NCBI GenBank assembly: GCA_902780235.1
Contig: CACZEL010000004.1
Location: forward strand, 9,402 to 73,401
DNA from: an uncultured Bacteroidales bacterium
GTDB lineage: Bacteria > Bacteroidota > Bacteroidia > Bacteroidales > Paludibacteraceae
Length of the DNA: 64,000 nt
Direction: 5' to 3'
Shown: positions 9,401-17,558 of the stretch, one piece after another
Layout of the letters: every line of letters begins with the position of its first letter
How positions within the stretch are numbered: the first letter of the stretch is position 1
Program-made: the position numbers and the translations under genes
The notes under the pieces: model-generated
Seen by the model: only the letters and a program-made list of their open reading frames with translations
Told to the model about the DNA's origin: nothing
Databases searched by the model: none

Positions 9401-12400
9401 GCATCACCGGCTTCAGCAGTGCTCGTATTAGCAAATTCTGGCTCCGCCACGCCGTTTTTCAATTTAGCAGGGTAGAATGTTTTCGATTGATATGTACCGA
9501 CACCTTCTACCTGATATACAGTTCTTGTTCCTGCTTCTTCTGCATCCTCATTAAAAATAAACGTACCTGCATCCTCGTTATTAGAGAAGATATTTGCTCC
9601 GCCTGCCGATGTATAAACAAATCCGGTAGCCGTTGTGAAAGTACCACGCACATTGATTGCGGCTGAAGCCGGTTTGGTTTGCTCATTGCGCACATCCGGT
9701 TTGCCCGGAGTAGTTCCACGTCCTTCCCAGCTCGGAGAGTAACGAACGGTCTTGGTGTAAGCCTTATCAGAACGCGTTTTCCACTCATCTGTTTGTTCTA
9801 CGTAGTACACCTCATTGCAATAGGCATACTTATCCCAATCATCCGCATCATAGACATAGAGGGCTCCGGTATGTTCCGCATCATTATTGTCTTTGGCTAC
9901 ACTAACGGTAGATTCTTTATCTACCTCCACTTCTGCTCCCGGAAGCAAATTGGTATTTTGTTTAAAGTCCATCGTTCCGGAAAGCAGATGAATCTTCATA
10001 TTGTTTGTTAGCGGCAAGTCAAAGTTAGCAGAATTAAGGCGTATAACTACCTTACCAAATGATGGTCCCAAATCGACATTACCCATGTCCAACACCATCG
10101 AACCTATATGCGCACCACTATTAATATCATATACCTGTATATCATTCTCTGCATCATACCATTTGCGCACCCATGTATTATCTGCATCGGCTGCAATATC
10201 CATTAAGAAGATGGCCTGATGCTGACCACTCACTCCGACTACCGCTATATCCGTGGCGGCCATAGAGATACTCAACATTGACAAACCTTCAGATACCGCA
10301 GCAGATCCGGAAAGGACAGCTCCGGGATGATACTTGACAGGTGATTCCACATTCTGGATAAAATACTGCGTGACAGGGAAAATCTTATAACCGCTATCAT
10401 CGCTTTTTACTCGATCCCATAAAGCTGCTGATACCTCATCTTGTTTTACCAATCCTGTGATACGCACAGATGTCATTGCTCCTTTCCAGTCACCCATTTG
10501 GAACATCTCTCTAACTTTGGAACCACGACGTGCATCTGTTTCACCCTTACCTGTCATGAATCCCCATGCGCGGAGTTCAGAACCGGATTGCAAAGTCATT
10601 TTACTTCCTTCTTCCATTACCAAATGACCGTAAGGCCCATAGGGTTGAGAGGTATATGCCTCATTGCTGGCAAATTGCGAGCAAGTCATTTCTATTTTAC
10701 CGAACACATCCATATTTACACCGGTAGCAAATGTCAAACGACGGAACTCCGTAGGTTGCACATAAGGTGTTGCGGCATTCACATCATTGAATATCACACG
10801 CGGAGCCGACATATTCACCTCTGTCTGTGTATCACTCATCGGCACTATAATGGTTGCATTGGCAGGGAGTGTGTAATAACCGGCAGGTAACACATAATCA
10901 TTGGTCATAAAAATAACGATACCCGCTACACCCGGGTTATTGTTCGCATACGCCAAGGCGTCTTCCAATTTTGCGTAAGATGTTGTACCGATACGGCAGA
11001 CTCCGACACCATTCGCCGTTGCAGATTCTTTCGTACCCAAGAAATGACGATATCCTTCGTTATACTCTACACCGGCAGAAATCAACAACTCGGTTTTACC
11101 TTCCGTCGAGACTCCATACTCTGTACTTGTAAAGAAACCGGATGTAAAGTCAATCGTACCATTCAACGGAGCACCAAACTTACCGCACTCAACAGTCAAT
11201 GTACCACCCACACGTTGAGCAGAATAGGTTCCACCTGAAATAGCAGCCAATTTTTTCACGGTAGCGGTACCGGCCGTCATTTTCAAACCACAAGTAGTAC
11301 CATTAATCCTACCACGATTGATGGCAGCCGTTCCTCCGTTGATCGTAATCGCCGTTTCTCCGGCAAAGGTTCCGTTGTTAACGATAAGTGTACCATTTGA
11401 AGTCAATCCTCCGGCAATAGAACCTTGAGAAGCCGTCATCGTACCGTTGTTAACTACGGCACCGGTAATGGTAGCACCGTTCTGCTCCGCTACTGCTCCA
11501 TTGGCAATAGATAGCGAAGCAAAAGTTCCGCCATTGAGTATGAGGTTACCTCCGGTTAGGGATAAAGCGCCTCCGTTTCCGCCAAATTGGCTGAATGCGA
11601 TCGTTACCTGACCACCGGAAACCAAAATGCCATTAACCGTATTACCATTCAAATCGAGTGTAATAATCTTGTCGGAGAAGGAAAGTCCTTCGCTTACCGT
11701 CGTGTTGAGCTTCAAAATCGGATTGGTATAACCACTTACATCTACCGCTAATAATTCAGCCAATGTGGTCAGCTCTGTTTCCATCGGAGTATTGCCATCA
11801 AACAAGTAAGCCTCTGCCGGATTCGGATCCAAAGCGTTCACGTTTAATGACACACCTACATTGATAGAGTTCTCGCCTGCTATCTTGAGCGTCATCGTAG
11901 TGTTTTTAACACCATACTCCACATTGGCAGGCACCGTATAGGTAACCGGAATCGTCAATCTCGTTCTTTGCGCTGAAGGCACTGCTCCCGGTGCAGAGAT
12001 AAGTTCACGATTTGCCAAGGCGGTAGCCAGATCATAAGACCAATCAGAGGGATCATTGGAGAATGTAAAGGTAGCAAAATCAGACGCATCTAAAGCTGAC
12101 GCATCTCCTATCACATCCACCGTAACATTAATCGTTACAGTATTTCCCGCCTCAGCCTCCACATTGGCACCTGATGCACTCGCATTGTCAAATGTGTATT
12201 TGGAAAAAAGAGCATTTAAAACGTTAGGTGCAGCACTAACTGTCTGTATCAATTCGTAAAGATTGTATCCATCTGCCTCGTCATCACCGGTAACTGTTTT
12301 CGTATGAGCGCTATTAGGAAGCACCCTATAACAAGGACTCTTCTCGGGAGAATAGATAGCGCATTGGGTGCCGGCACACACGCTCTCATCAGGATAGGGA

Positions 12401-12924
12401 AACGCATTAATTTTGCTGGTCCAAATTGCATGCTGCTCCCATGCTGTCAATCCATATCCGCCCATTGTTCCTCCCAAAGAAATAGCCCCTTCGGGATTAA
12501 ACGTCCATTCCGCTAAATAGGAACCATTGGCAGGTCGCGCTTCCGGATAAAAATAGGCATACTCCGTCATAAACAATTGGGGATCAGCAGAGTTTCCCAT
12601 CCATGCGAAACCATGATTGAGAGGATAACCCATGGGGCTTTGGGGATTTTGTACCGTAAAGCCAATCAACTGAGCAGTTTCGCCAAATTCCGTTGTGTTA
12701 GTGAGCCCCAGTTGCGGATTGATAAATTGGGAATTCTCCATCGGATAACCATTCACATCCAATAGATTCAACTTTACCGTACCCGTTCCCAGAGAATTTC
12801 CATCCTTTTGGGCTTTCAGAGCAGTCATCCAATAAGTTGGAGTAAATTGCGCCCATGCGACATTCGTACTCATTGAGAGCACAAAGAGCAGCATAAATAC
12901 TTTTAAAAATAATTTTTTCATCAT
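6484..12924 (-). CDS. Giant secreted surface/adhesin-like protein, T9SS cargo (2146 aa)
   Basis: Signal peptide MMKKLFLKVFMLLFVLSMSTNVAWAQ. A Gly/Asn/Thr-rich parallel beta-helix-like region (..NGGTFASLSIANGAVAEQNGATITGAVVNNGTM..). About 7 Listeria-Bacteroides (Flg_new-type) repeats (..YTFDGWT.., ..GYTFTNWTD..). The C-terminus, ..KKVLIDNQVFIIRGDKVYSIDGQLVK, is typical of a T9SS sorting domain. Confidence 0.85.
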   Translation of the reverse strand: MMKKLFLKVFMLLFVLSMSTNVAWAQFTPTYWMTALKAQKDGNSLGTGTVKLNLLDVNGYPMENSQFINPQLGLTNTTEFGETAQLIGFTVQNPQSPMGYPLNHGFAWMGNSADPQLFMTEYAYFYPEARPANGSYLAEWTFNPEGAISLGGTMGGYGLTAWEQHAIWTSKINAFPYPDESVCAGTQCAIYSPEKSPCYRVLPNSAHTKTVTGDDEADGYNLYELIQTVSAAPNVLNALFSKYTFDNASASGANVEAEAGNTVTINVTVDVIGDASALDASDFATFTFSNDPSDWSYDLATALANRELISAPGAVPSAQRTRLTIPVTYTVPANVEYGVKNTTMTLKIAGENSINVGVSLNVNALDPNPAEAYLFDGNTPMETELTTLAELLAVDVSGYTNPILKLNTTVSEGLSFSDKIITLDLNGNTVNGILVSGGQVTIAFSQFGGNGGALSLTGGNLILNGGTFASLSIANGAVAEQNGATITGAVVNNGTMTASQGSIAGGLTSNGTLIVNNGTFAGETAITINGGTAAINRGRINGTTCGLKMTAGTATVKKLAAISGGTYSAQRVGGTLTVECGKFGAPLNGTIDFTSGFFTSTEYGVSTEGKTELLISAGVEYNEGYRHFLGTKESATANGVGVCRIGTTSYAKLEDALAYANNNPGVAGIVIFMTNDYVLPAGYYTLPANATIIVPMSDTQTEVNMSAPRVIFNDVNAATPYVQPTEFRRLTFATGVNMDVFGKIEMTCSQFASNEAYTSQPYGPYGHLVMEEGSKMTLQSGSELRAWGFMTGKGETDARRGSKVREMFQMGDWKGAMTSVRITGLVKQDEVSAALWDRVKSDDSGYKIFPVTQYFIQNVESPVKYHPGAVLSGSAAVSEGLSMLSISMAATDIAVVGVSGQHQAIFLMDIAADADNTWVRKWYDAENDIQVYDINSGAHIGSMVLDMGNVDLGPSFGKVVIRLNSANFDLPLTNNMKIHLLSGTMDFKQNTNLLPGAEVEVDKESTVSVAKDNNDAEHTGALYVYDADDWDKYAYCNEVYYVEQTDEWKTRSDKAYTKTVRYSPSWEGRGTTPGKPDVRNEQTKPASAAINVRGTFTTATGFVYTSAGGANIFSNNEDAGTFIFNEDAEEAGTRTVYQVEGVGTYQSKTFYPAKLKNGVAEPEFANTSTAEAGDAYCYTDNVWNIFEVAEDNCFMKDDYDTYYAKPQEYVAINATWDGEKMVGNSDHTYSDAAGAGRLFILTTNLGICDQWWEVEKKDNLYHCIHPDNDTYYYWDDDFEMWREQMFSVSWKNWNGDIIQTAAFNGALVDEYYVKYGTMAEFLGTNPTREANIDYTYDFTGWAPALGPVTSNVTYTATYTEKPRMYTIIFQNEGGTEIERHFLTHNEIPVCENVPTKVGHTLQWTPAIAAVTGDATYTASWLENPPTEYQVTFYDYNGTTVLQQGNVAVGAMPEYTEATPNSKPATSEFTYVFDHWSPALEEVSATSIKSYTAIYAEVAKTYTVKFVKENGDPNTPADVIESHQYQYGETPVCSELPTKAATAQYTYALRWTPQIQTVMADANYTAVFDATTNKYTVTLKANPSGACTFSGAGTFDYGTAISISRSDNDGYTFTNWTDKDGNTVSDLPATITADINLVANFTVANPDYTITWKSFDGNTILAEVGQKANTATIYTGEIPTKPASTQYVYTFDGWTTEANGAGMFYKNNMTPKATASVSYYAHFAAQEVVMEVGLGQAQNIVEATTVNQLILNSNGTVSGQLTGVNLLNVTGDCYYDLTGTFTAGKWYAVAVPWQVTAGMITANGSPLSWNSGNYLAYYDGSVRAAQGKVDACWKYLSNSDVLVPGRLYMLYLANDASVLRFPKKAGAPILNTSTGVAAFNSAAPADANWNGIANPAIFYAYLSNTGATVGQVFNADAQSYEAVALSNKLIVAKPIFVQATNNGSATAVTTPPAPAPARRNEAAQTLNAEYQVEIASYGRMQDRLFINANEDKEADTYTIGQDVLKFGVSDKVAQMWVNRYDAKLCMNTMAPVNSVAEFPLSIFAPRAGEYSIAIEKEKASEDHTLYLTYNGEAIWNLSEDAYTAELQKGTDANYGLRISVKNAPQTTTGMDEAVVDAQGETKKVLIDNQVFIIRGDKVYSIDGQLVK

Positions 12925-13068
12925 ATCTTTTGTTTTTTATGTTAGTTTCTTATCTCGATTCTCTCGAACGATTATTGCTTAATCCAATCTTCTTATTTCG
13001 TTGCAATCAAACGATTATTGCTATTTGCTTGTCGGTCAAAAATTACCAACAATGATCCAAAAAATTTC

Positions 13069-13410
13069 TTAGAATATCGATTCTATAATTTTATCTACTA
13101 TTTCATTGAAATATTGTTCCTTAATCGTTCCTATTCGGCGCATTACATCGCGCTCCACATATCCGGCAATAATCTGACATTTCACGCGACTTGGCTTTGA
13201 GAATGTAAAACCATCAACCATATAATCAGACAACTCATACGCATATTGCGGATTAAGCAACCGATTGGATGTGATAAGCACCAAATACATCAAGCCAAAT
13301 TCATCTTCTTGCAAATCATCGTTTGACACAATGATAGCCGGATGCACTTTGAAAGTACCATCCGCAAATTGGAAATTGACTTCTACGATATCTCTTTGAT
13401 GGTATTTCAT
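13069..13410 (-). CDS. MazF/PemK-like toxin (type II TA)
   Basis: RDIVEVNF.F.DG..KVHPAIIVSND...VLITSN...KPSRVKCQII..V fits the PemK SH3-like fold pattern. ATG 13410 overlaps the upstream stop as ATGA. Confidence 0.65.
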   Translation of the reverse strand: MKYHQRDIVEVNFQFADGTFKVHPAIIVSNDDLQEDEFGLMYLVLITSNRLLNPQYAYELSDYMVDGFTFSKPSRVKCQIIAGYVERDVMRRIGTIKEQYFNEIVDKIIESIF

Positions 13411-13616
13411 ACGCAACGAGCAATAATATCTGACATACTCCGTTTAGAGTGTTCCATAAACGCTTGCGTCAACTCACGCTCCTCACGAATTTCCACCTGA
13501 GAAGGGACCTGAGATTCCATAGCGACTTGCGTAAACAAACCGGTCGCCATCAATGCCGCCATCTTGCGACGAGCAAGAGCACTGCTCTGATCGTATTGTA
13601 ATGTTACCGTACACAT
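13407..13616 (-). CDS. Putative cognate antitoxin (69 aa)
   Basis: Small ORF translationally coupled (ATGA) to the PemK-like gene. Family not recognised. Confidence 0.5.
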   Translation of the reverse strand: MCTVTLQYDQSSALARRKMAALMATGLFTQVAMESQVPSQVEIREERELTQAFMEHSKRSMSDIIARCV

Positions 13617-13678
13617 ATCTTTTTGATTTTTATGTTTGTTTCTATTTTGATCTGTTCAATCTGTCTAATCTGTGGGCT

Positions 13679-13828
13679 TATATTTTTGCGCTCTCGTGCG
13701 CACGGATGTAAGCGGCGCGTATAAAAGCGTCGCAAAGTTACTGCTTTTTTGCGACATACACAAGAGTTTTACGATAAAAATGCAAAAATATATGCTTTTT
13801 GTAAACAAGAGATAGCAAAATCGTAAGA
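13679..13828. repeat. About 150-nt promoter-leader module, copy 2
   Basis: See 809-957. This copy has about 55 extra nt between the module and the ATG, including CTGTTCAATCTGTCTAATCTGTGG. Confidence 0.85.
13733..13764 (-). promoter_or_regulatory. Promoter for the TA operon
   Basis: The minus strand reads CTTG-N20-TAACTTTG, identical to the box at 862-893. Confidence 0.65.
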
Positions 13829-13902
13829 TTTGTCACCTCATTGAGCAAGCCGTTAATGGAGTTTCCAAGACGCAAACAATAGCAAAATAGAACATTTTTC
13901 TA

Positions 13903-14664
13903 TTATACTCTTCGTTGGTAGTGATAGTTGTCGTACTTATCGTTCTTGGAGCTGTCGAGGCGTTGGCGGAAGCCGAGTTTGGACTTGATCTGCATCCAGA
14001 GTTCACCGGGTTCGCGCCAGTTCGTTTTCTTCCAATAGAGGATCAGTAGCCAGCCGAAGAGCATGCCACCGAGGTGGGCGAAATGTGCAACATTATCAGC
14101 CGTTAGACCGGCTACGGAACCGAGGCCGGCAAAGAGTTCGATCAGGGCATATATAATAACGAATATACGCGCGCGAATAGGGATGGGGATGAAGAGGATG
14201 TACATCGGCACATCGGGATAAAGCCATCCGAAAGCGAACAGGATGCCGAACACGGCGCCTGAAGCACCGATAGTATTGAGCATCCGCGCATAATACACGA
14301 TAGACGCCGGATCGTAAGAGCCGGCCATGTTGTTAAGCATCATCATCCATACCAGTTCCTGGATCAATGCCGCTCCAAGACCGCAAACGAGGTAATAAAG
14401 CGAGAACCGTTTGGAACCCCACTCTTGCTCAATCATGGGCGCAAACATCCAGACAGCGAACATATTAAAGAAGATATGGCTGAAGTTCGCATGGAGGAAC
14501 ATATAGGTGAACGGTTGCCACCAATGGAAAGACGATGCGGAGACATAATGGAGTCCGCAGAGGGTGTTCAGATCGATACCGTAACGCTGCAGGATCGCAG
14601 CGAGGAAGTAGATACAAAAATTTGCTATCAGCAAATAGCGGGTTACTGTTGGTAAATTTCTCAT
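13903..14664 (-). CDS. Rhomboid family intramembrane serine protease
   Basis: Multi-TM protein with GASGAVFG (catalytic Ser) and HLGGMLFGW (His). ATG 14664 is preferred because the track's GTG 14673 overlaps the -7 box. Confidence 0.85.
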   Translation of the reverse strand: MRNLPTVTRYLLIANFCIYFLAAILQRYGIDLNTLCGLHYVSASSFHWWQPFTYMFLHANFSHIFFNMFAVWMFAPMIEQEWGSKRFSLYYLVCGLGAALIQELVWMMMLNNMAGSYDPASIVYYARMLNTIGASGAVFGILFAFGWLYPDVPMYILFIPIPIRARIFVIIYALIELFAGLGSVAGLTADNVAHFAHLGGMLFGWLLILYWKKTNWREPGELWMQIKSKLGFRQRLDSSKNDKYDNYHYQRRV

Positions 14665-14672
14665 AACGGGCA

Positions 14673-14680
14673 CAAAATTA
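14673..14680 (-). promoter_or_regulatory. -7 box for the rhomboid gene
   Basis: The minus strand reads TAATTTTG, 8 nt upstream of the ATG. There is no well-spaced -33. Confidence 0.45.
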
Positions 14681-14773
14681 CTGCTTTTTTATGAAATATT
14701 CATACAAAAAGTACACCAAATTGACAAAAAAGTGATTTTTTTTGCAAAAAATGCATTTTTTTTGCCTAAAATA

Positions 14774-14804
14774 TTTGGTATATAAAGATTTTTTTGTAAT
14801 TTTG
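14774..14804 (+). promoter_or_regulatory. Promoter for the HU gene
   Basis: TTTG-N19-TAATTTTG. Confidence 0.65.
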
Positions 14805-14867
14805 CAGTCGTTATTCCGTTTAAGGAACAAAAAGTTCACATTATTAATAACTAAAAAAACAAAAGTT

Positions 14868-15131
14868 ATGAACAAATCAGCTCTTATTGAAGCAGCAGCA
14901 GCTAAGGCTCAAGTAAGCAAAGCAGATGCAGCTAAAGTTATCGACGCAGCTCTTGAGGCAGCTGTAGAGGCAGTTAAGAAAGGTGAGGGTCTTCAACTCG
15001 TTGGTTACCTCTCTATCGGTGTAGCTAACCGTGCTGCTCGCGTTTCGAAAAACCCGCGCACCGGTGCTGTTGTAAACGTTCCGGCAAAGAAGGTTGCTAA
15101 AGCTAAATTGGGTGCTAAATTCGCTCTCTAA
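14868..15131 (+). CDS. hup: HU family DNA-binding protein
   Basis: MNKSALIEAAAAKAQVSKADAAKVIDA...RNPRTGAVVNVPAKKVAKAKLGAKF. Track ORF trimmed to ATG 14868. Confidence 0.9.
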   Translation: MNKSALIEAAAAKAQVSKADAAKVIDAALEAAVEAVKKGEGLQLVGYLSIGVANRAARVSKNPRTGAVVNVPAKKVAKAKLGAKFAL

Positions 15132-15151
15132 TTCGGCCATGTAGCTTCATA

Positions 15152-15186
15152 AACGAGTTGCTCATAGCGGGCAACTCGTTTTGTCT
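15152..15186 (+). terminator. Rho-independent terminator after hup
   Basis: ACGAGTTGC-loop-GCAACTCGT followed by TTTTGTCTGTTT. Confidence 0.7.
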
Positions 15187-15200
15187 GTTTATTTAAAACA

Positions 15201-15320
15201 TTAGCTGTTAGCCGTTAGCTGTTAGCAATTTGCCGTTAGCCGTTAGCTATTAGCCTAAAAAGCCAATAGCCAATAGCCAATAGCTAAATGCCAATAGCCA
15301 ATAGTTAAAAGCCCAAAGCC
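15201..15320. repeat. Polarity-switching heptamer block (GCTGTTA family)
   Basis: TTAGCTGTTAGCCGTTAGC.. changes at about 15256 to ..GCCAATAGCCAATAGCC.. . It ends 8 nt before the adk ATG. Confidence 0.9.
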
Positions 15321-15328
15321 AAAATATA

Positions 15329-15907
15329 ATGTTAAACATTATTCTATGCGGAGCCCCGGGTAGCGGAAAGGGCACGCAGTCGGCATTCATTGCCCAGAAA
15401 TATGGCGTACAGCATCTCTCGACTGGAGATGTGTTGCGCGCCGAGATCGCTACAGGAAGTGAGTTAGGCAAGCAGATCGATGCCATCATTTCCAAAGGAA
15501 ACCTCGTTCCGGACGAGATGATGTTAGGCGTTATCGAGAACTATATCGCCAACCTGCCGGCGGACTGCAAGGGTACGATTTTCGACGGTTATCCCCGTAC
15601 TGTATCACAGGCAGAATCGCTGGATAAACTGCTCAAGAAATACAACATGGAAGCCATCATGATCGACCTGATGGTGGACGAGCAGCTACTGATCCAGCGT
15701 CTGATTGAGCGCGGTAAGGTAAGCGGACGCGCGGACGATAACCTCAATACGATTCGTCACCGCATCGCAATCTACCACAACCAAACAGAACCTATCGCCC
15801 ATTATTATCTGCATCACGGCAACTACTGCCCGGTGAACGGCAACCACACCATGGCCGACGTTTTCCTGCAGATAATGAAAATAATTGACAATTACATTAG
15901 CCGTTAG
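15329..15907 (+). CDS. adk: Adenylate kinase
   Basis: MLNIILCGAPGSGKGTQS..., short-LID type. Confidence 0.95.
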   Translation: MLNIILCGAPGSGKGTQSAFIAQKYGVQHLSTGDVLRAEIATGSELGKQIDAIISKGNLVPDEMMLGVIENYIANLPADCKGTIFDGYPRTVSQAESLDKLLKKYNMEAIMIDLMVDEQLLIQRLIERGKVSGRADDNLNTIRHRIAIYHNQTEPIAHYYLHHGNYCPVNGNHTMADVFLQIMKIIDNYISR

Positions 15908-15948
15908 CTGTTAGCCATTAGCTAATAGCCAGAAGCTAAAAGCCAAAG
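15897..15948. repeat. Heptamer block (GCTGTTA family)
   Basis: TTAGCCGTTAGCTGTTAGCCATTAGCTAATAGCCAGAAGCTAAAAGCC. It supplies the adk stop codon. Confidence 0.9.
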
Positions 15949-15958
15949 TAAAACTATT

Positions 15959-17131
15959 ATGACTAATTTTATCGACTACGTCAAGATCTATTGCCGCTCG
16001 GGAAAGGGTGGCGCAGGATGTATGCACCTTCATCGCGCGAAGTACCTGCCGAAAGGCGGACCGGACGGCGGTGACGGCGGTAAAGGCGGGTCGATTATCC
16101 TGCGCGGAAACCGTAACCTCTGGACGCTGCTGCATCTGAAGTATCAGAAACATATCATGGCCACGGACGGAGGCAAAGGTGGTCAGAGTCGTTCGTTCGG
16201 TAAGGACGGCGAGGATAAGATCATCGAGGTTCCGTGCGGCACGGTCGTTTACGACGGCGAGACGGGTGAGTTCATCTGCGAGGTCAAGGAGCATAACGAG
16301 CAGGTGGTGCTGCTCAAAGGTGGTCGTGGAGGCTTAGGCAACTGGCATTTCCGTACCGCCACCAATCAGGCACCGCGTTATGCCCAACCCGGCGAACCGG
16401 CGCAGGAGCGCACCGTCATCATGCAGCTCAAAGTGCTGGCCGATGTCGGTCTGGTCGGTTTCCCGAATGCAGGTAAGAGTACGCTCTTGAGCGTCGTTTC
16501 TGCCGCCAAACCGGAGATCGCCGATTATCCGTTCACCACCCTTACCCCGCAACTCGGCATCGTCTCGTACCGCGACGGACGGTCGTTCTGCATGGCCGAT
16601 ATCCCCGGTATCATCGAGGGTGCCAGCGAAGGACGAGGTCTGGGTTTACGATTCTTGCGACATATCGAGCGCAACGCCGTGCTGCTGTTCATGGTGCCCG
16701 TCACAAGCGACGATATCGTCAAGGAATACAAGATCCTGCTTAACGAATTGGAGCAATACAACCCTGAGTTGCTCACCAAAGCACGTATCTTAGCCATCAC
16801 GAAAATCGATGCGCTCGATGAGAAAGAACTCAAGAAAAAGAAAGCCTCCAAGAAACTGCAGAAACTGGATCTGCCGGTGGTTTTCATCTCGTCGGTAGCC
16901 GGCGAAGGTATCGACGAACTCAAAGATGCGCTGTGGGTTGAACTGAACAAAGAGCAGAACCAAGTCATCGAGATCAGCCATGCGCCGATTGACGTCCGAA
17001 TCAATGAGGAAATGAGCGCTTCGCTCAATGATGAAATGATGGTTGAAGACGAAGAAGGCACGATCTATCTCAACGAGGTAGAAGAAGAATGGGATCTCGA
17101 TAAGTACAAAGGTATTGGTTGGGATGAGTGA
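15959..17131 (+). CDS. obg: GTPase Obg/CgtA
   Basis: Gly-rich Obg fold ([12 protein letters not shown]) followed by G-domain motifs GFPNAGKST and DIPG. Confidence 0.95.
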   Translation: MTNFIDYVKIYCRSGKGGAGCMHLHRAKYLPKGGPDGGDGGKGGSIILRGNRNLWTLLHLKYQKHIMATDGGKGGQSRSFGKDGEDKIIEVPCGTVVYDGETGEFICEVKEHNEQVVLLKGGRGGLGNWHFRTATNQAPRYAQPGEPAQERTVIMQLKVLADVGLVGFPNAGKSTLLSVVSAAKPEIADYPFTTLTPQLGIVSYRDGRSFCMADIPGIIEGASEGRGLGLRFLRHIERNAVLLFMVPVTSDDIVKEYKILLNELEQYNPELLTKARILAITKIDALDEKELKKKKASKKLQKLDLPVVFISSVAGEGIDELKDALWVELNKEQNQVIEISHAPIDVRINEEMSASLNDEMMVEDEEGTIYLNEVEEEWDLDKYKGIGWDE

Positions 17132-17166
17132 ATTGGCTGTTAGCTGTTGGCTGTTAGCTGTTAGCT
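17132..17166. repeat. Heptamer block, left flank of four-helix-bundle gene A
   Basis: ATTGGCTGTTAGCTGTTGGCTGTTAGCTGTTAGC, starting right after the obg stop. Confidence 0.9.
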
Positions 17167-17179
17167 TATTTATTAGGGG

Positions 17180-17545
17180 ATGAGAGATTTTAGAAAATAT
17201 CGAATTTGGCAAGATGCTATATCTATTACCAATGATATATATAGTATAACAGATTCATTTCCCAAAAATGAAACATATGGATTGTCTAATCAACTGCAAC
17301 GAGCTGCTGTTTCTATAGCCTCCAATATTGCTGAAGGTGCTTCTCGTGAATCTGCAGTTGAATTTGCTCATTTTTTAGAAATCGCTATTGGATCGGCTTT
17401 TGAGGTTGAGACTCAATTGACAATTGCATTCCAACGACACTATTTATCATTGGAATCATTTCAAAAAATAATATCTTCTTTGCAAGAAGAAGAGAAAGGA
17501 ATCAACACCTTTATTCAGACATTAAAGCCAAAAGCTAATAGCTAA
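17180..17545 (+). CDS. Four-helix-bundle protein, 23S rRNA-intervening-sequence / Avd family (copy A)
   Basis: ..YGLSNQLQRAAVSIASNIAEGASRES..EFAHFLEIAIGSAFEVETQL matches the family signature. The C-terminal ..KANS* is encoded by the repeat. Confidence 0.85.
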   Translation: MRDFRKYRIWQDAISITNDIYSITDSFPKNETYGLSNQLQRAAVSIASNIAEGASRESAVEFAHFLEIAIGSAFEVETQLTIAFQRHYLSLESFQKIISSLQEEEKGINTFIQTLKPKANS

Positions 17546-17554
17546 TAGCTAAAG
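17531..17554. repeat. Heptamer block, right flank of gene A, opposite polarity
   Basis: AAAGCTAATAGCTAATAGCTAAAG. It contains the stop and ends 5 nt before the ClC ATG. Confidence 0.9.
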
Positions 17555-17558
17555 TAAA

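Larger units (their letters stand above)
1..13850. mobile_element. Putative accessory or mobile-element-derived stretch; boundaries and mobility genes not defined in the window
   Basis: Gene content is toxSAS-like, DUF3987-like, XRE, orphan ORFs, archaeal-type ATPase and a TA pair. A 150-nt promoter-leader module is repeated at 809-957 and 13679-13828. No integrase, transposase or att sites were seen. Confidence 0.3.

Noticed and set aside
6250-12765. Many plus-strand ORFs of 60-282 aa inside 6484-12924
   Set aside because: All overlap the 2146-aa minus-strand gene, which has a signal peptide, repeat domains and a T9SS sorting domain. They are shadow ORFs.
12967-13022. A 13-nt direct repeat, AACGATTATTGCT (12967-12979 and 13010-13022), upstream of the giant gene as a regulator binding site
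   Set aside because: There are only two copies, with no recognisable promoter boxes alongside. It is noted but not supportable as a feature.
15201-15320. Possible CRISPR arrays at the repeat blocks
   Set aside because: The units are 7-14 nt and directly adjacent, with no unique spacers of about 30 nt. No cas genes are present, and the blocks lie within operons and CDSs.
17180-17545. A diversity-generating retroelement, since Avd belongs to the same four-helix-bundle family
   Set aside because: No reverse transcriptase, template/variable repeat pair or target gene is visible next to any of the three copies.
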